A DNA stretch of 64,000 nucleotides from Azolla caroliniana. Taxonomy: Eukaryota > Plantae > Polypodiophyta. The position numbers and the translations under genes are program-made. The stretch's first letter is position 1; every line of letters starts with the position of its first letter. The stretch spans positions 16,864,001 to 16,928,000 of the forward strand of contig JBHGNT010000002.1 of assembly GCA_043228905.1 (NCBI GenBank), given 5' to 3'. Under the pieces are notes generated by a model that was not told the DNA's origin, made no database searches, and was given only the letters and a program-made list of their open reading frames with translations. Positions 11,505 to 22,705 of the stretch are shown here, piece by piece.

Positions 11505-14500
11505 TGTTGAGAATCAAGCTCAACATTGTACAACGTGTGAACACACCTTTGAGAATCTATGTGCACTCAAAGGTCAACAGTCATACCACTCTCTACACAT
11601 TAACTTATGTGTCATAGATTCATATTCTATGACACATAACTAATGAGTTTCACATTCCCCATGACCTTAAGTCTTCACATTCTACAAGGCTCTAGTGAGA
11701 GAGTGAACGTTGTAAATGAAGAGAGAGGGTGACTCTATATAAAGCACCCTCCTCCTACTCCATATTTAGTTGGTTGCTTGTGTCTCCTTGTAACGTTATT
11801 ATTGTATCTCATACTACTTGTTAAAATACATCTCCTTCTTCTTGAGTATTCACCTTTCTCATCTAATCCATCTTGTGTTTTTCTCTTCTCCTCTCTCTTT
11901 ACTCTCACACATACACACATCACTTCTCTTCCGCTACACAAGAATCACCATCGATTCTTTACATGGTATCAGAACGAGGTTGGTAGCTCGATCTAGCCCA
12001 CTCGCCTCATCGTGATCGTGTGTTTTGCTCTACGCCAACGTTCAAGAAGAACCGGCTCATCGCTATCGTAGTGCAACTACATAGATCGTGTTCGTGAGAG
12101 AAGGAAAAGAAGAAAGGAAGTGTAATCGACAATGAATACTCAAATGGGGAGCGTTCTCCTAACGAGAAGTTGGACCGCAACAACTTTGCATCTTGGGAGT
12201 ACAAGATGCACCAATACCTTGTCGGCCAAGGCTATTGGAGCTACATCAAAGGAGCACAAGAGGAACGCCCCGACCCGAAAGACACCAACTACGCGCAAGA
12301 GGAGCAAGCGGCGAGTCGTGTAATGTATTGCTTGGCGACATGTGTACATGACCACATGCTCGGCTACATTCGGGAAGCCGGGACGCCAAAGGAAGCGTGG
12401 GAGAATCTACGAAAGATTTTCGCCGCCAACACAACCGCGAGGAAGCTTCAACTCCGCCAAGAGTTGAACAACATCCAACAACGGGATATGTCCATCACAA
12501 GCTACACCTTGAAGATCAAGGAGCTTTGTGACGCGCTTGGCTCGATAAGCATAAACGTGGCGGATGACGAGATGGTGCAAATATGCCTCGGCGGACTTGC
12601 ACCACGATTCGGCGCGATGCGGACCGCAGTACTAGCGTGGGAGAATCCGCCCTCCTTGGACCTTCAATCCATGTTGTTGGTCGAAGAAAACCATGTTCGA
12701 ACAAAGAGTAGTGCCTCGGATGGCCAAATGCTCTACACGCATTCAGACGGAGGAAGAGGACGCGGCCGTGCAAGGAGAGGTCGATTCGGCCAAGGACGCG
12801 GCGGACGAGGCGGACAAGGCCCGATTTACGAAAATAACTCTCACGTATGGGAACAAGACGGAGGCCATCGAGGAACCTTCGGAAGGAGGGGGAGCCATCA
12901 TTCCGGTTCGAGTCGACAAAACTCAATCGAATGCGGATACTGTGGAAAAATCAGCCATCGCGAAGAGGAGTGCCGAAAGAAGATGCGCGAGTCGGCGTCC
13001 ACAAGACGACAACTCACGAATTACGCAAGCAACTCCGACTACGATGACTACGGCGGACTATTCGTGATGAGGCGTAGCGCGAACTCTATGGCGGCGTCTA
13101 CGTCAACTAGTGCATCCGGTCCGGAAGACGTATGGTTCGTCGATTCCGGTGCCTCGAACCATATGACATCACACCAAGAATGGTTCCGAGAACTTTGAGA
13201 GCCGGAGCGACCCGGCTATGTTGAAACCGGAGATGACACTACGCATCCGATTCAACACATCAGCAATGTCCCATTCGGAGAAGAAGGGAAGCAAACCTAC
13301 ATATAAAATGTCTTGCATGTTCCTACCATAACAAAGAATTTGGTCTCGGTCGGCCAAATTGTGGAGCAAGGGATGCAAGTTCGATTCGACCAAGGTGGTT
13401 GCTTCATCGAGAAGGAAGGCCGACTCATCGCTTGGGGTCGAATGTTTATCCTCGAGTCGAACGAGATAAAATCGGCCATGTTCGCAAAAGGCACGAAAGC
13501 GGAGTTCGACATAGAGCTATGGCACAAGCAAATTGGCCATATCAATCTTCAAAAGCTCAAGGCGATGCAATCGAAAGGGGTCGTCATTGGGCTCCCAACC
13601 TTCAAAGAGCAAGAGATCAAAGGTGTATGTGAGGCGTGCCAATTCGGCAAGCAACATCGGCAACCATTCCCGAAGGAGAGGAACGTGAGCAAAGGCGTAC
13701 TTGACGTTATACATTCCGATGTATGGGGACCGGCCCAAACGGCGACATTCGGCGGATGCAAATATTATGTAACCTTCATCGACGACTTCTCAAGGCACAC
13801 TTGGATATACCCAATGCGGCAAAAGAGCAAAGTGTTTGGACACTTCCAAAAATTCAAGAGTGGAGTCGAAAAAGCTACGGGTCGACACGTACGGTGCCTT
13901 CGGTCGGATGGAGGAAAGGAGTACTTCTCCGATGAATTTTCGGCCTTTCTACGAAAGAAGGAATTCGGCGAGAGTTTTCATGTAGACATACGCCACAACA
14001 AAACGGAGTAGCCGAAAGAAAGAATCGACACATCCTCAAAGTTGCGCAGGCAATGCTCAACGAGAAGCACATACCGAAGTCGTTTTGGGCGGAAGCACAT
14101 ACTAGAAGTTTTATGGAAAGAAGCCGGATCTATCACATGTTCGGATATTTGGCTCCATTGCGTACGTGCACATCCCCGACGAGAAGCGCCAAAAGCTCGA
14201 CCTGAAGTCGGAGAAATGTATCCTCATAGGATACTCATTAGAGAAAAAGGGCTACAAATGCTATAACCCCTCAACTCGGAAGGTTCGCATGAGTCGAGAC
14301 GTAGTCTTCGACGAGTCCGCATCCTGGTATGCACCAGAGACAACTACGACTACGACTCCGCTCGACCCGGAATCCGCCGGACAAGAGATAGAAGATGAAG
14401 ATCGCATCACGCACATATTCGAAGAAAGTCCGATCACGACCCGACTGAGCGGACCACAAGAGCCTCCGAGCGATCAAAGCACATCTCGACTGAGTCCGAA

Positions 14501-16634
14501 GCTAGACAAGGGGAAGGCGAAAATGCAGGAGTATGAAGAAGATCACCTCGATAGCAACGAATCGACTCACTCCCTCGATAGTGAGTTCGAAGGCCTTGAC
14601 ATCCGGACGAATGGAGCGAAGAAAGCCTTGGAATCCGCAAATGAGAAGCTCCGCCGATCCACCCGAGAGAAGAACCCCGTAAGCTGATTTGGCTACGATG
14701 AGTACATGGCGTACCATTACACATTCATGATGAAGATCGCAACAGTACGGGAGCTGGAAACCTTTTCCGAAGCCGCGAAGGACCCGCGATGGATCGAAGC
14801 AATGAATGAGGAGATGCGTGCACTACGCAAGAACGAGACATGGGATCTCGTTCCCCACTCACTGCATAGGAAGCCGATCGGATGCAGATGGATCTACAAG
14901 GTGAAGTATAATGCTGACGGCTTCGTCAACTGCTTCAAGGCTCGACTCGTAGCGAAAGGATACGCGCAAACACATGGAGTCAATTATGAAGAGACCTTTG
15001 CCCTGGTGGCAAAGATGACGACTATGCGTACCGTGATCGCACTTGCAGCGGCGAAAGGGTGGCACCTTCACCAAATGGACGTAAAGAACACCTTTCTTCA
15101 AGGCGAATTGGAAGAGGAGGTGTACATAGTTCAACCACCCGGCTTCGAATCCAACATCCATCCGAAAGCCGTATGTCGACTCAAGAAGCCTCTCTACGGC
15201 CTCAAGCAAGCACCGCGTGCATGGCATTTGAAGATTACGCAATATCTTCATCAAATTGGCTTCCGCATGTCAAAATCTGACAACTCCCTCTATGTGCGAA
15301 ATGACTCTGGAAGCCCGCTTGTCATTATCCTATACGTGGATGATCTAGTCATTGGAGGTGAAAGTCTAATCGACATCAACAACCTCAAGTCCCTCCTCTC
15401 CAACAAATTCGAGATGACGGACATGAAGGAGTTACACTACTTCCTAGGCATTGAAGTAATTTGGATTCCGGCCGGCATTATGATCTCCCAATGACACTAC
15501 ATTCTAAACTTGTTATACAAGTTCGGGATGACGGAGTGCAAATCGATCGCTACGCCTCTTGATCGAAATCTCAAATTGGATGCGGACTCCGGCGTGGAAG
15601 AGTGCGATCCGACGCAATATCGACAACTGATCGGGAGCCTTATCTATCTCACGATCACACGACCCGACCTCAGCTATCCAGTCGGAGTCGTTAGCTAATT
15701 CATGCAAACTCCGCGAGATATTCATCTCGATTGCACTAAGCGAGTATTACGATACGTGAGCGGGACTATGGATTACGACGTGCTCTACAAATTAGACACA
15801 CCAGTACCGCTCGAAGGATACACGGATGCGGATTGGGCAGGCTACAAAGCCGATCGACGGTCGACCTCCGGATTCATCTTCTTGCTCGGTAGCGGAGCAA
15901 TATCATGGAGTAGTAAGAAGCAGTCGACCGTCGCTCTTTCAAGTATGGAGGCTGAATATAGGGGCGCAGCCGTAGCTGCATGTGAAGCCGTATGGCTCAA
16001 GAGGATTTTGAAGGATCTGGGCGTACCCATCAAGGATCCGACTCCTATTTACTACGACAACATGAGCAGTATTTATCTGGCTTGGAACCTAGTGTTCCAT
16101 GCACGCACGAAGCATATCGAAGTGCACTATCACTTCCTTTAGGAGCGTGTTCAAGCTGGAGATGTCGACCTTCAACACATCAACACAAATCTTCAAATGG
16201 CCGACATCTTCACGAAAGCCTTAGGAGCCGACAAGCTTCGGCAATTCATGTCAGACCTTGGATTGACGATCCCTGACTTGCCAAGATTGAGGGGGAGTAC
16301 AAGCAAGAATCAGAAATTGTCTGAACAGGGTACGAGCCGAAGCGGACAACGGAGATCGTCTGAACCGAATACGAGCCGAAGCAGACATCAACCGAAAGGA
16401 GACGACCCGAGTTGAGCTTGAGGGGGCGTGTTGAGAATCAAGCTCAACATTGTACAACGTGTGAACACACCTTTGAGAATCTATGTGCACTCAAAGGTCA
16501 ACAGTCATACCACTCTCTACACATTAACTTATGTGTCATAGATTCATATTCTATGACACATAACTAATGAGTTTCACATTCCCCATGACCTTAAGTCTTC
16601 ACATTCTACAAGGCTCTAGTGAGAGAGTGAACGT
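11505..16634 (+). mobile_element. Copia element A (degenerate); 3' LTR split by element B and truncated
   Basis: 5' LTR 11505-11963; Met-i PBS TGGTATCAGA at 11964; PPT gagggggcg at 16420-16428; 3' LTR 16429-16634 plus 31065-31103. Confidence 0.92.
12170..16290 (+). pseudogene. Copia A gag-pol with stops and frameshifts
   Basis: Zinc knuckle CGYCGKISHREEEC, protease DSGAS, integrase HSDVWGP/SDGGKEY, RT YVDDL, RNase H TDADWAG. Confidence 0.9.
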
Positions 16635-17344
16635 TGTCGAGGTATTCCTCGGGGATGCGTGGAATGAGGCGGGACCTCGGGGGTCATGTACCGAAGAGCA
16701 AGAGAGAAAGGAAAAGAGACCCACTAGGTGCGAGCGTAGATTCACAGGGACACGGCCCTTCGACACAAAGACGCGAGTGGGACAGCGACACGGAGAGACA
16801 CGAATGTATGTATCTATTAACAAAGACAACAACAAGAACACGAAAGCAACAAAACACGAAGTCGGTTACAACCGAACAGGCCGGCGAACAGATGCCGATG
16901 CCTGTTCGTAAACGTACAGAAAGAAAGGAGCAGGTTGGAGGTGCTGCCGGAAGCACTCGGGCATTCCTCAGAGCAGCGCGAGCCTCCCGAAACCTGCACA
17001 GAAAGAAGCTATGGAGTTTGCGAGCCAGAGAGAGAGAGAAGCCTTCGCCCACAAACCGACAGCACTTCGTCCTCGACTCTCCGCGATCCCTTCGTCCTCC
17101 TCGTCTCCCTCCACTTATAGGCAAAAAGGGAGCCGTTTCCTATTAACTCCCTACCTACCGAATCTGCCTGCCTAGGATCTCCTATGTACAACATAAGGCG
17201 CACGTGCATGAAGAGCCGGTTCCTACGCTCCGGTGCACCGATTCCGCTTGTGGACGGTTTTCTTCACGACATCCGCCCCCACCTAACCGCGCATCCACCG
17301 GCATGCGCCAAATTGTGTTGGGACGGAGAAAACCGTTCCACCCT

Positions 17345-20300
17345 TCATTCTCTGCCCGTCGGTTCTTCTTCGGTTTCGGATCGTTCGTCGTCGCGGTCCA
17401 GGTCAACCGGATCCGGCTCGTCGTCGTGACGCTTCTTGAACGCTTTGATCCGCTTCCCAGCTACCGGTATCGCCATTCTCGTGCCGTCGAGTTCAGCCAG
17501 ATGGTACGTCCCGTTGCCGTTGGCGCTTTGTACCACGTAAGGCCCGAACCACCTTCTTGCGAACTTCCGTGTCGCTCGGTGTTGGTTGTCGAGGCTGCTG
17601 TCGTAGACTAGCACCTAGTCGCCTTCCTCGATCTTCTTCGGTCGGAGCCGGTGCGTCCGGTCGAACCGGGCTTTGTTCCTCGTCCTGGCCACCCGAAGCT
17701 TTTCCGCAGCCTACTCCACGTCCTCCGGTCTTCGCTCGAGCTGTCGTGTGCGCGCCGTCAACAGTTCCTCCCGGCTCATCTCGTCTCTCCAGTCCACGGT
17801 TGCCCATGAGCAGATCGTACGTTTCATCGGCATGATCGGCTTTTGCCCAAACATGAGCTCTGCCGGCATGAATCCGGTTACCGAACTGTGCGTAGTTCGG
17901 TCCGCCCACAACGCGTAAGGCAACAACCGCGGCCAGTTCCCGACTTGACCTCCGCATGTCCGAACTAACGCCTTGACGATCGGTCCGTGTCCGCGCTCCA
18001 CCTTCCCATTCGCCTCCGGATTATACGCAATGGTAAGCGAGAGCTTGACTCCTAGCCGGTCGAACAGCTCCTCGGCCTCTTCGGCGTCCAACTCCCCCGC
18101 GATCAGCCACGATCATCCCGACGCACCCGTACCGGCATATCACGTCCTCGATCAGGAACCGACATACGACCGCGGTCGTTTTGTTTTGAAGGGCTCGGCC
18201 TTCCACCTGGTTCGTCAGATCTTCCTGAGCCAGGACCAGATACCGCATCTGTCCTACTCCCATCGGCATCGTCACCAGATCTACCATCCATTTGAAGTGA
18301 ATGGTCGGAGGGTACGTAGGGTGAAGCTCGTCCCGATGTCGGACTATGGAGTGCATCTGACAGCTCTCGCAAGTCATCACGAACCGATGCACGTCCCGGT
18401 ACAGTCTCGGCCACCAGTACTTCCCCTTTATCTTCTCGAACGTGGCCCACGTTCCACGGTGTCCAGCCCAAGGGCTGTCGTGGTAGGCCGTCAGCAGCTC
18501 CTCCTGTTCTTCCTTCATCGCCACCACCCGGAGCGGGACGCCGTTCCTCTTCTTCGGGTGCTTCCATAAGTACCCGTCCCGGAGAAAGAATCGGTAAGCT
18601 TTCTTCCGGATCCGGTTGGCCTCGTCCTTTGTCCATGACGCATCCGGCGTCATTGTCCTCAAAAATCCACCGATCCGGAGCCACTCGCCGTCGTACTTGC
18701 TCTCGTCGAAGTCGTTAAGTGCCGGAGTGCTCGTCCCATCGGTCGTCACGTGCGCCGCCTCGAAGAAGTCCACGCCGACTTCTTCGTCCTCCGAAACCAT
18801 GCCACCCTCGTCATCAAACCTCGCCCTCGAAAGCATGTCGGCCATGGCATTGTCCTTTCCGGAAATGTGCCATATTTCCGGGCCCAGGGACTTGATGTAC
18901 GCTATCCACCTGAGCATCGCCAGGTCCGGTGTCGCGCATCCGGAAACCATGCCGAGAATTGGCAGGCAATCCGTCTCGATAATCACTTCTGTCCCGATCA
19001 GGTAGTCTTTGTCGGCCTTTACTGCCGAAACGATACCCCAGAGTTCGCGTTTAACTTGGGCGTACCCTCGCTGTTGCTCACTGAGGACCTTTGCGCCGAA
19101 TCGGATCGGGAACCGAATGCCGTCCTCGTCTTCTTGGTTGACGACCCATTCGATCCCGGTCGGACTCGTATCCACCGTTATGTTTACCGGGGTACCCTTC
19201 CCGTAGACAGCCTTCCAGAGCGCCGGTGCTGCTGCAAGAGCTTCCTTCAGCTTCCGGACCGACTCCGTGTGCTCGTCTCGCCACTCGAATTTTCGCCCTT
19301 TCTTCAGCAACCCGTATAGCGGCTCCGCAACGTGGGCGTAATGCGGGATCTATATGTGGTAGAACGCGCATGCCCCCAGGAACCTCCGAACTTCCGTAAC
19401 CGAGCTACAGTCGGTCTTCATCGCGGAGATGGCTTCTACCTTTGCTGGCGACGGCTTCTGGCCATATGGTCCACACAGGTGTCTGACCACCAGAATTTCT
19501 GATTGCTCGAAGGCCGATTTCTCCCCGGAGAAGGTGAGCCTCGCATCCTCTAGCCTTTGTAGCACCTTCTCGCAGTCGTCGATGTGTGTTGCCACGAACC
19601 GCCGGCATTCGTCCGGCCCGACTGTCTCGTCCTTCTCTTCCACCGGGCACCCTTTGATAGGGATGTCGTCTAGAAACGGCATGGTGATGTCCGGGATGCA
19701 ATCCCTCAGTACCTTGTTCATTGCATTCACCATGTGGGCCACCGAGTTGGTCCCTCCTTGCGGCAGGGTACACATTCGCACTAGGCCGAGGGGAGTTCGC
19801 ATCGTCGTAATGTCTCTGCTCTCCACAACTAGCTGGAACTGGTCGTACCCCGAGTACAGATCACCGACCGAGTAAATCGACCTTCCGGCGAAGGCCTCCG
19901 CGAACTCGTCTATGGTCGGTTCGATTCCTGCGTTCTGAATGGTCACTCTGTTGACCGGCTGCAGGTCCTGAATGAAGCGCAATGTTCCGTTTTTCTTTGG
20001 TACGGTAAACCATCGGTTCGAGTATGGCGCGCTCGACGGTTCGAGAATACCCATATCGACTTTCTGCCTCAGTAGCTCCATCAACTCCGGGATGTGAGCT
20101 CTTGGTACCGGAATCGGCTTGAGATTCCACGGCACATGCGGTACCGTGAATATCACCATCGGCTCCACGATTGTCGGGTCTACGCACCCGATCTCTTCCG
20201 GCGAGAATGCGAAGGCTTTCCCGTGCCTTCCGAGCATTCTCCGAAACCGGTCTTCCTCTGCCGGTAGTAGGAACCCGCCCCCACCGATCTTGAGCTCCCG

Positions 20301-21746
20301 GAGCGTCCCGTCGGTGAAGGTGTGTCCTATGCAGGCCGGATCTCGTAAACTGGGGTCCGACGCCACCCCTCTGATTCGGGACTCGCTGCCCTCCGGTAAG
20401 GGTGCCGCGACCGGCCTTACCTTCCGGTCCACAGTCTTGTACTTCGTGCTAACCTGGGCCGTCCGATCCGACCCGAGCCCCTGGCTGAAGTTCGTGATGA
20501 CTTCGTACATCTCTTCAGAACATACCGGTATCGTCCGGTCTTCGTTAAGGTCTTCTCCGGCTATCTTCTGCAGCATCCCCAAGGTGTTGTCGAAGGAGAC
20601 CGCCTCCACGGCTCCGCTGATTTCCTCGTCCGGGCCGAGAACTCCGCACGCTCGAAGTCGCCCCTCTGCCCTTGCCTTTTCTCGGCCAACGATGCCGACT
20701 ATCATACACCCTCCATTGTCAGAGAAGCAAAATCTCCTACCTATCGTACAGTCGTGGGGTCTTTCCCGAGTGTGCGGGCTGTCTCGGCCCCACGCCTTGG
20801 CAACCCTCTCTAAAAATCCTCCCGGTTCTCGCCACCGAGGGATTCGCGGTTTCTCTCGTGGTTCGGCCGCACCGTCAGAAATTGAACCGAATGGCGCCCG
20901 TCTTGGCTTTTGACCCTCGTGTAGGCCGACCCGTTGTCCAGCACCTTGGTCTCCATTCGCGCCGCCGTGATGTATGGTTCCCCTAATATGACCGGGTGCG
21001 AGGACGTCTCCTGTACGAAGAAGTGCTGGTCAATCTCGACGTCGCCGATCTTTACTCGCACATTCGGGCAGGCCCCGTGCAGTTCCTCGATGGCGCGCGT
21101 CGCCGCCCGTATCTTCCACCCGTGCCTGGTGTTGATCGGTCACTTTCCCTTCTTATAGAAGTCCATGGACATTAGGTTTATTTCCGAACCGTGGTCCACC
21201 AACGCCACCACCGGTTCCTGAACATCTCCGATCTTTACCGGGGTCTCCGTGGTCACTCGGGCCTAGTGTGGCCTCGAATAGTGGCTCTCCGCCCACTCGT
21301 CTTCCATCGCCATGTCGTCGATGTGCGTCGTCCGCACCTCCACCGGCCTTTCCGGTTTCGTCTCCGTCGATAGCCTCTTCCGTTTCACTAAGTCTACAAT
21401 GGAGTCGTGGAACTCCTTCTTGGCGATCCCTAACACCTCTCGCAATGACAGCTCCACTTTGCTGTCGAGGATCCGTTCCTCTAGGACCTTTCGTAGGTCC
21501 GTAGTCCTTTCTATTTCCGTCCCTAGTCGGTATCCGCCCTTCCTGGGGTTATCTTGCGAGCTGGACCCGCCGGCATCGTTCTGTCGTTGCCCGAATCGGG
21601 TCTCGTACCGTTGTGAAGGCCCGACCGCTCCGGCATTCCCCACTCGCTTGTCTTCTACCAGAGCCTCGTAGTTCTGGCAGGCGGCTTCTACGAAGCCCGT
21701 CTTCTCCTCGACCGGATCGCTCCACCCGGTTATTTCCCGGACCCGT
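17345..21746 (-). pseudogene. Element B: gag C-terminus/protease and RT-RNase H-integrase (disrupted)
   Basis: VALVDHGSEIN; PFLDDIPIKG; TVDTSPTG; H..GH...CESC; YNPEANGKVERGH. Stops near 19350 and 17615 and a frameshift near 18090. Confidence 0.9.
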
Positions 21747-21812
21747 TGTCGTGAAGAATGTGCTTCACGATATAAAAATGAGCTTAAATGTTGTATTTAA
21801 TAATATTTGAGA

Positions 21813-21865
21813 GACTTGAACCCACATCCTTATATACGATGTACAATGTACATACCACTAGGCTA
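21813..21865 (-). ncRNA. tRNA-like Pol III cassette 1 in LTR C (copy at ~28334-28386)
   Basis: A-box TAGCCTAGTGG, 32-nt gap, B-box GGTTCAAGTC; TTGTA/TATAA stem with a 7-nt loop. Confidence 0.65.
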
Positions 21866-21944
21866 GGCTATTTATTTGTAAAGGTGTGTAATAAATGTGC
21901 TTCATGATATAAGAATGAAGCTATATATTGTATTAAGTAAAATT

Positions 21945-22001
21945 GAGGGACTTGAACCCTCAACCTTGTATATCAAGCACAAACCATACACCACTAAGCT
22001 A
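21945..22001 (-). ncRNA. tRNA-like Pol III cassette 2 in LTR C (copy at ~28466-28522)
   Basis: A-box TAGCTTAGTGG; anticodon-like arm TTGTG-CTTGATA-TACAA; perfect T-arm GAGGG-TTCAAGT-CCCTC; TTTT just downstream. Confidence 0.7.
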
Positions 22002-22254
22002 GGTTATTTGTTTTAAGGTTATATCCATCATTATACTTATCCCAAGACATGGGAGCTCAAATGAGCATGATGGCTATCATGCATCGCATGCAATGCATGT
22101 GCGCCAAATGGCGATCATGCATAAGATGTAACTCATGCATTACATGCATGACATTACCATATGCATGGAAATACTTATAAAAAGAGAGAAAAGGGGAAAA
22201 TAGGTTAATCAATCAAGAGAGAGTGAGAAAATAATACAATCAAGTAAAGAAGAT

Positions 22255-22308
22255 TAGCCATTGGGTGGAGAACGTCTCGTTTCGAAGTTGAGGTCGTGGG
22301 TTCAAATC
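22255..22308 (+). ncRNA. Sense-oriented A/B-box cassette downstream of the LTR C TATA box
   Basis: TAGCCATTGGG ... GGTTCAAATC at tRNA-like spacing; stems are weak. Confidence 0.45.
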
Positions 22309-22705
22309 AAGGGTCGATAGAGAATGTGTTCAGTTTGCGATCAAGGATTGTAAAGTTGGTAAAATATTGTCTTTCTAATATACATCATGTTTATATCAAA
22401 TACTCTTGCTTCTTGATTCATACTTTGTCTCAATCTTCCTTATTAAATCATATTTTGTCTCTATCTTGCTTCTTGAATCATATGTTGTCTCTATCTTCTA
22501 TCTATTCTCATCTCTCTCACACACACACATTACTCGTAACTCTTCTTCTTGCTACTCTTAACCTTTCTAACATCACCATACAAGCCTTATTAAAATTTAA
22601 GTTCCTTCAACTCCCCTTAACCTTCGTCCCTGCGACTTCGCCGCACGAACCACAACTACCCCGACACATTTGGTGAACCCGACGTGAAGGCGGCGACGAG
22701 GAGAA

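Noticed and set aside
16567-17209. Overlapping ORFs in LTR B (repeated at 30142-31002) and antisense ORFs over B, F and G
   Set aside because: By-products of GC-rich, stop-poor sequence; no recognisable domains.
21813-22001. Functional tRNA genes
   Set aside because: No acceptor stem and weak D-arms; the loop triplet of unit 1 differs between the two LTR copies (TCG vs TTG). Reported as tRNA-like only.
22296-22676. Leu/Ser-rich ORF in LTR C
   Set aside because: Pyrimidine-rich R/U5 low-complexity sequence with a non-ATG start.
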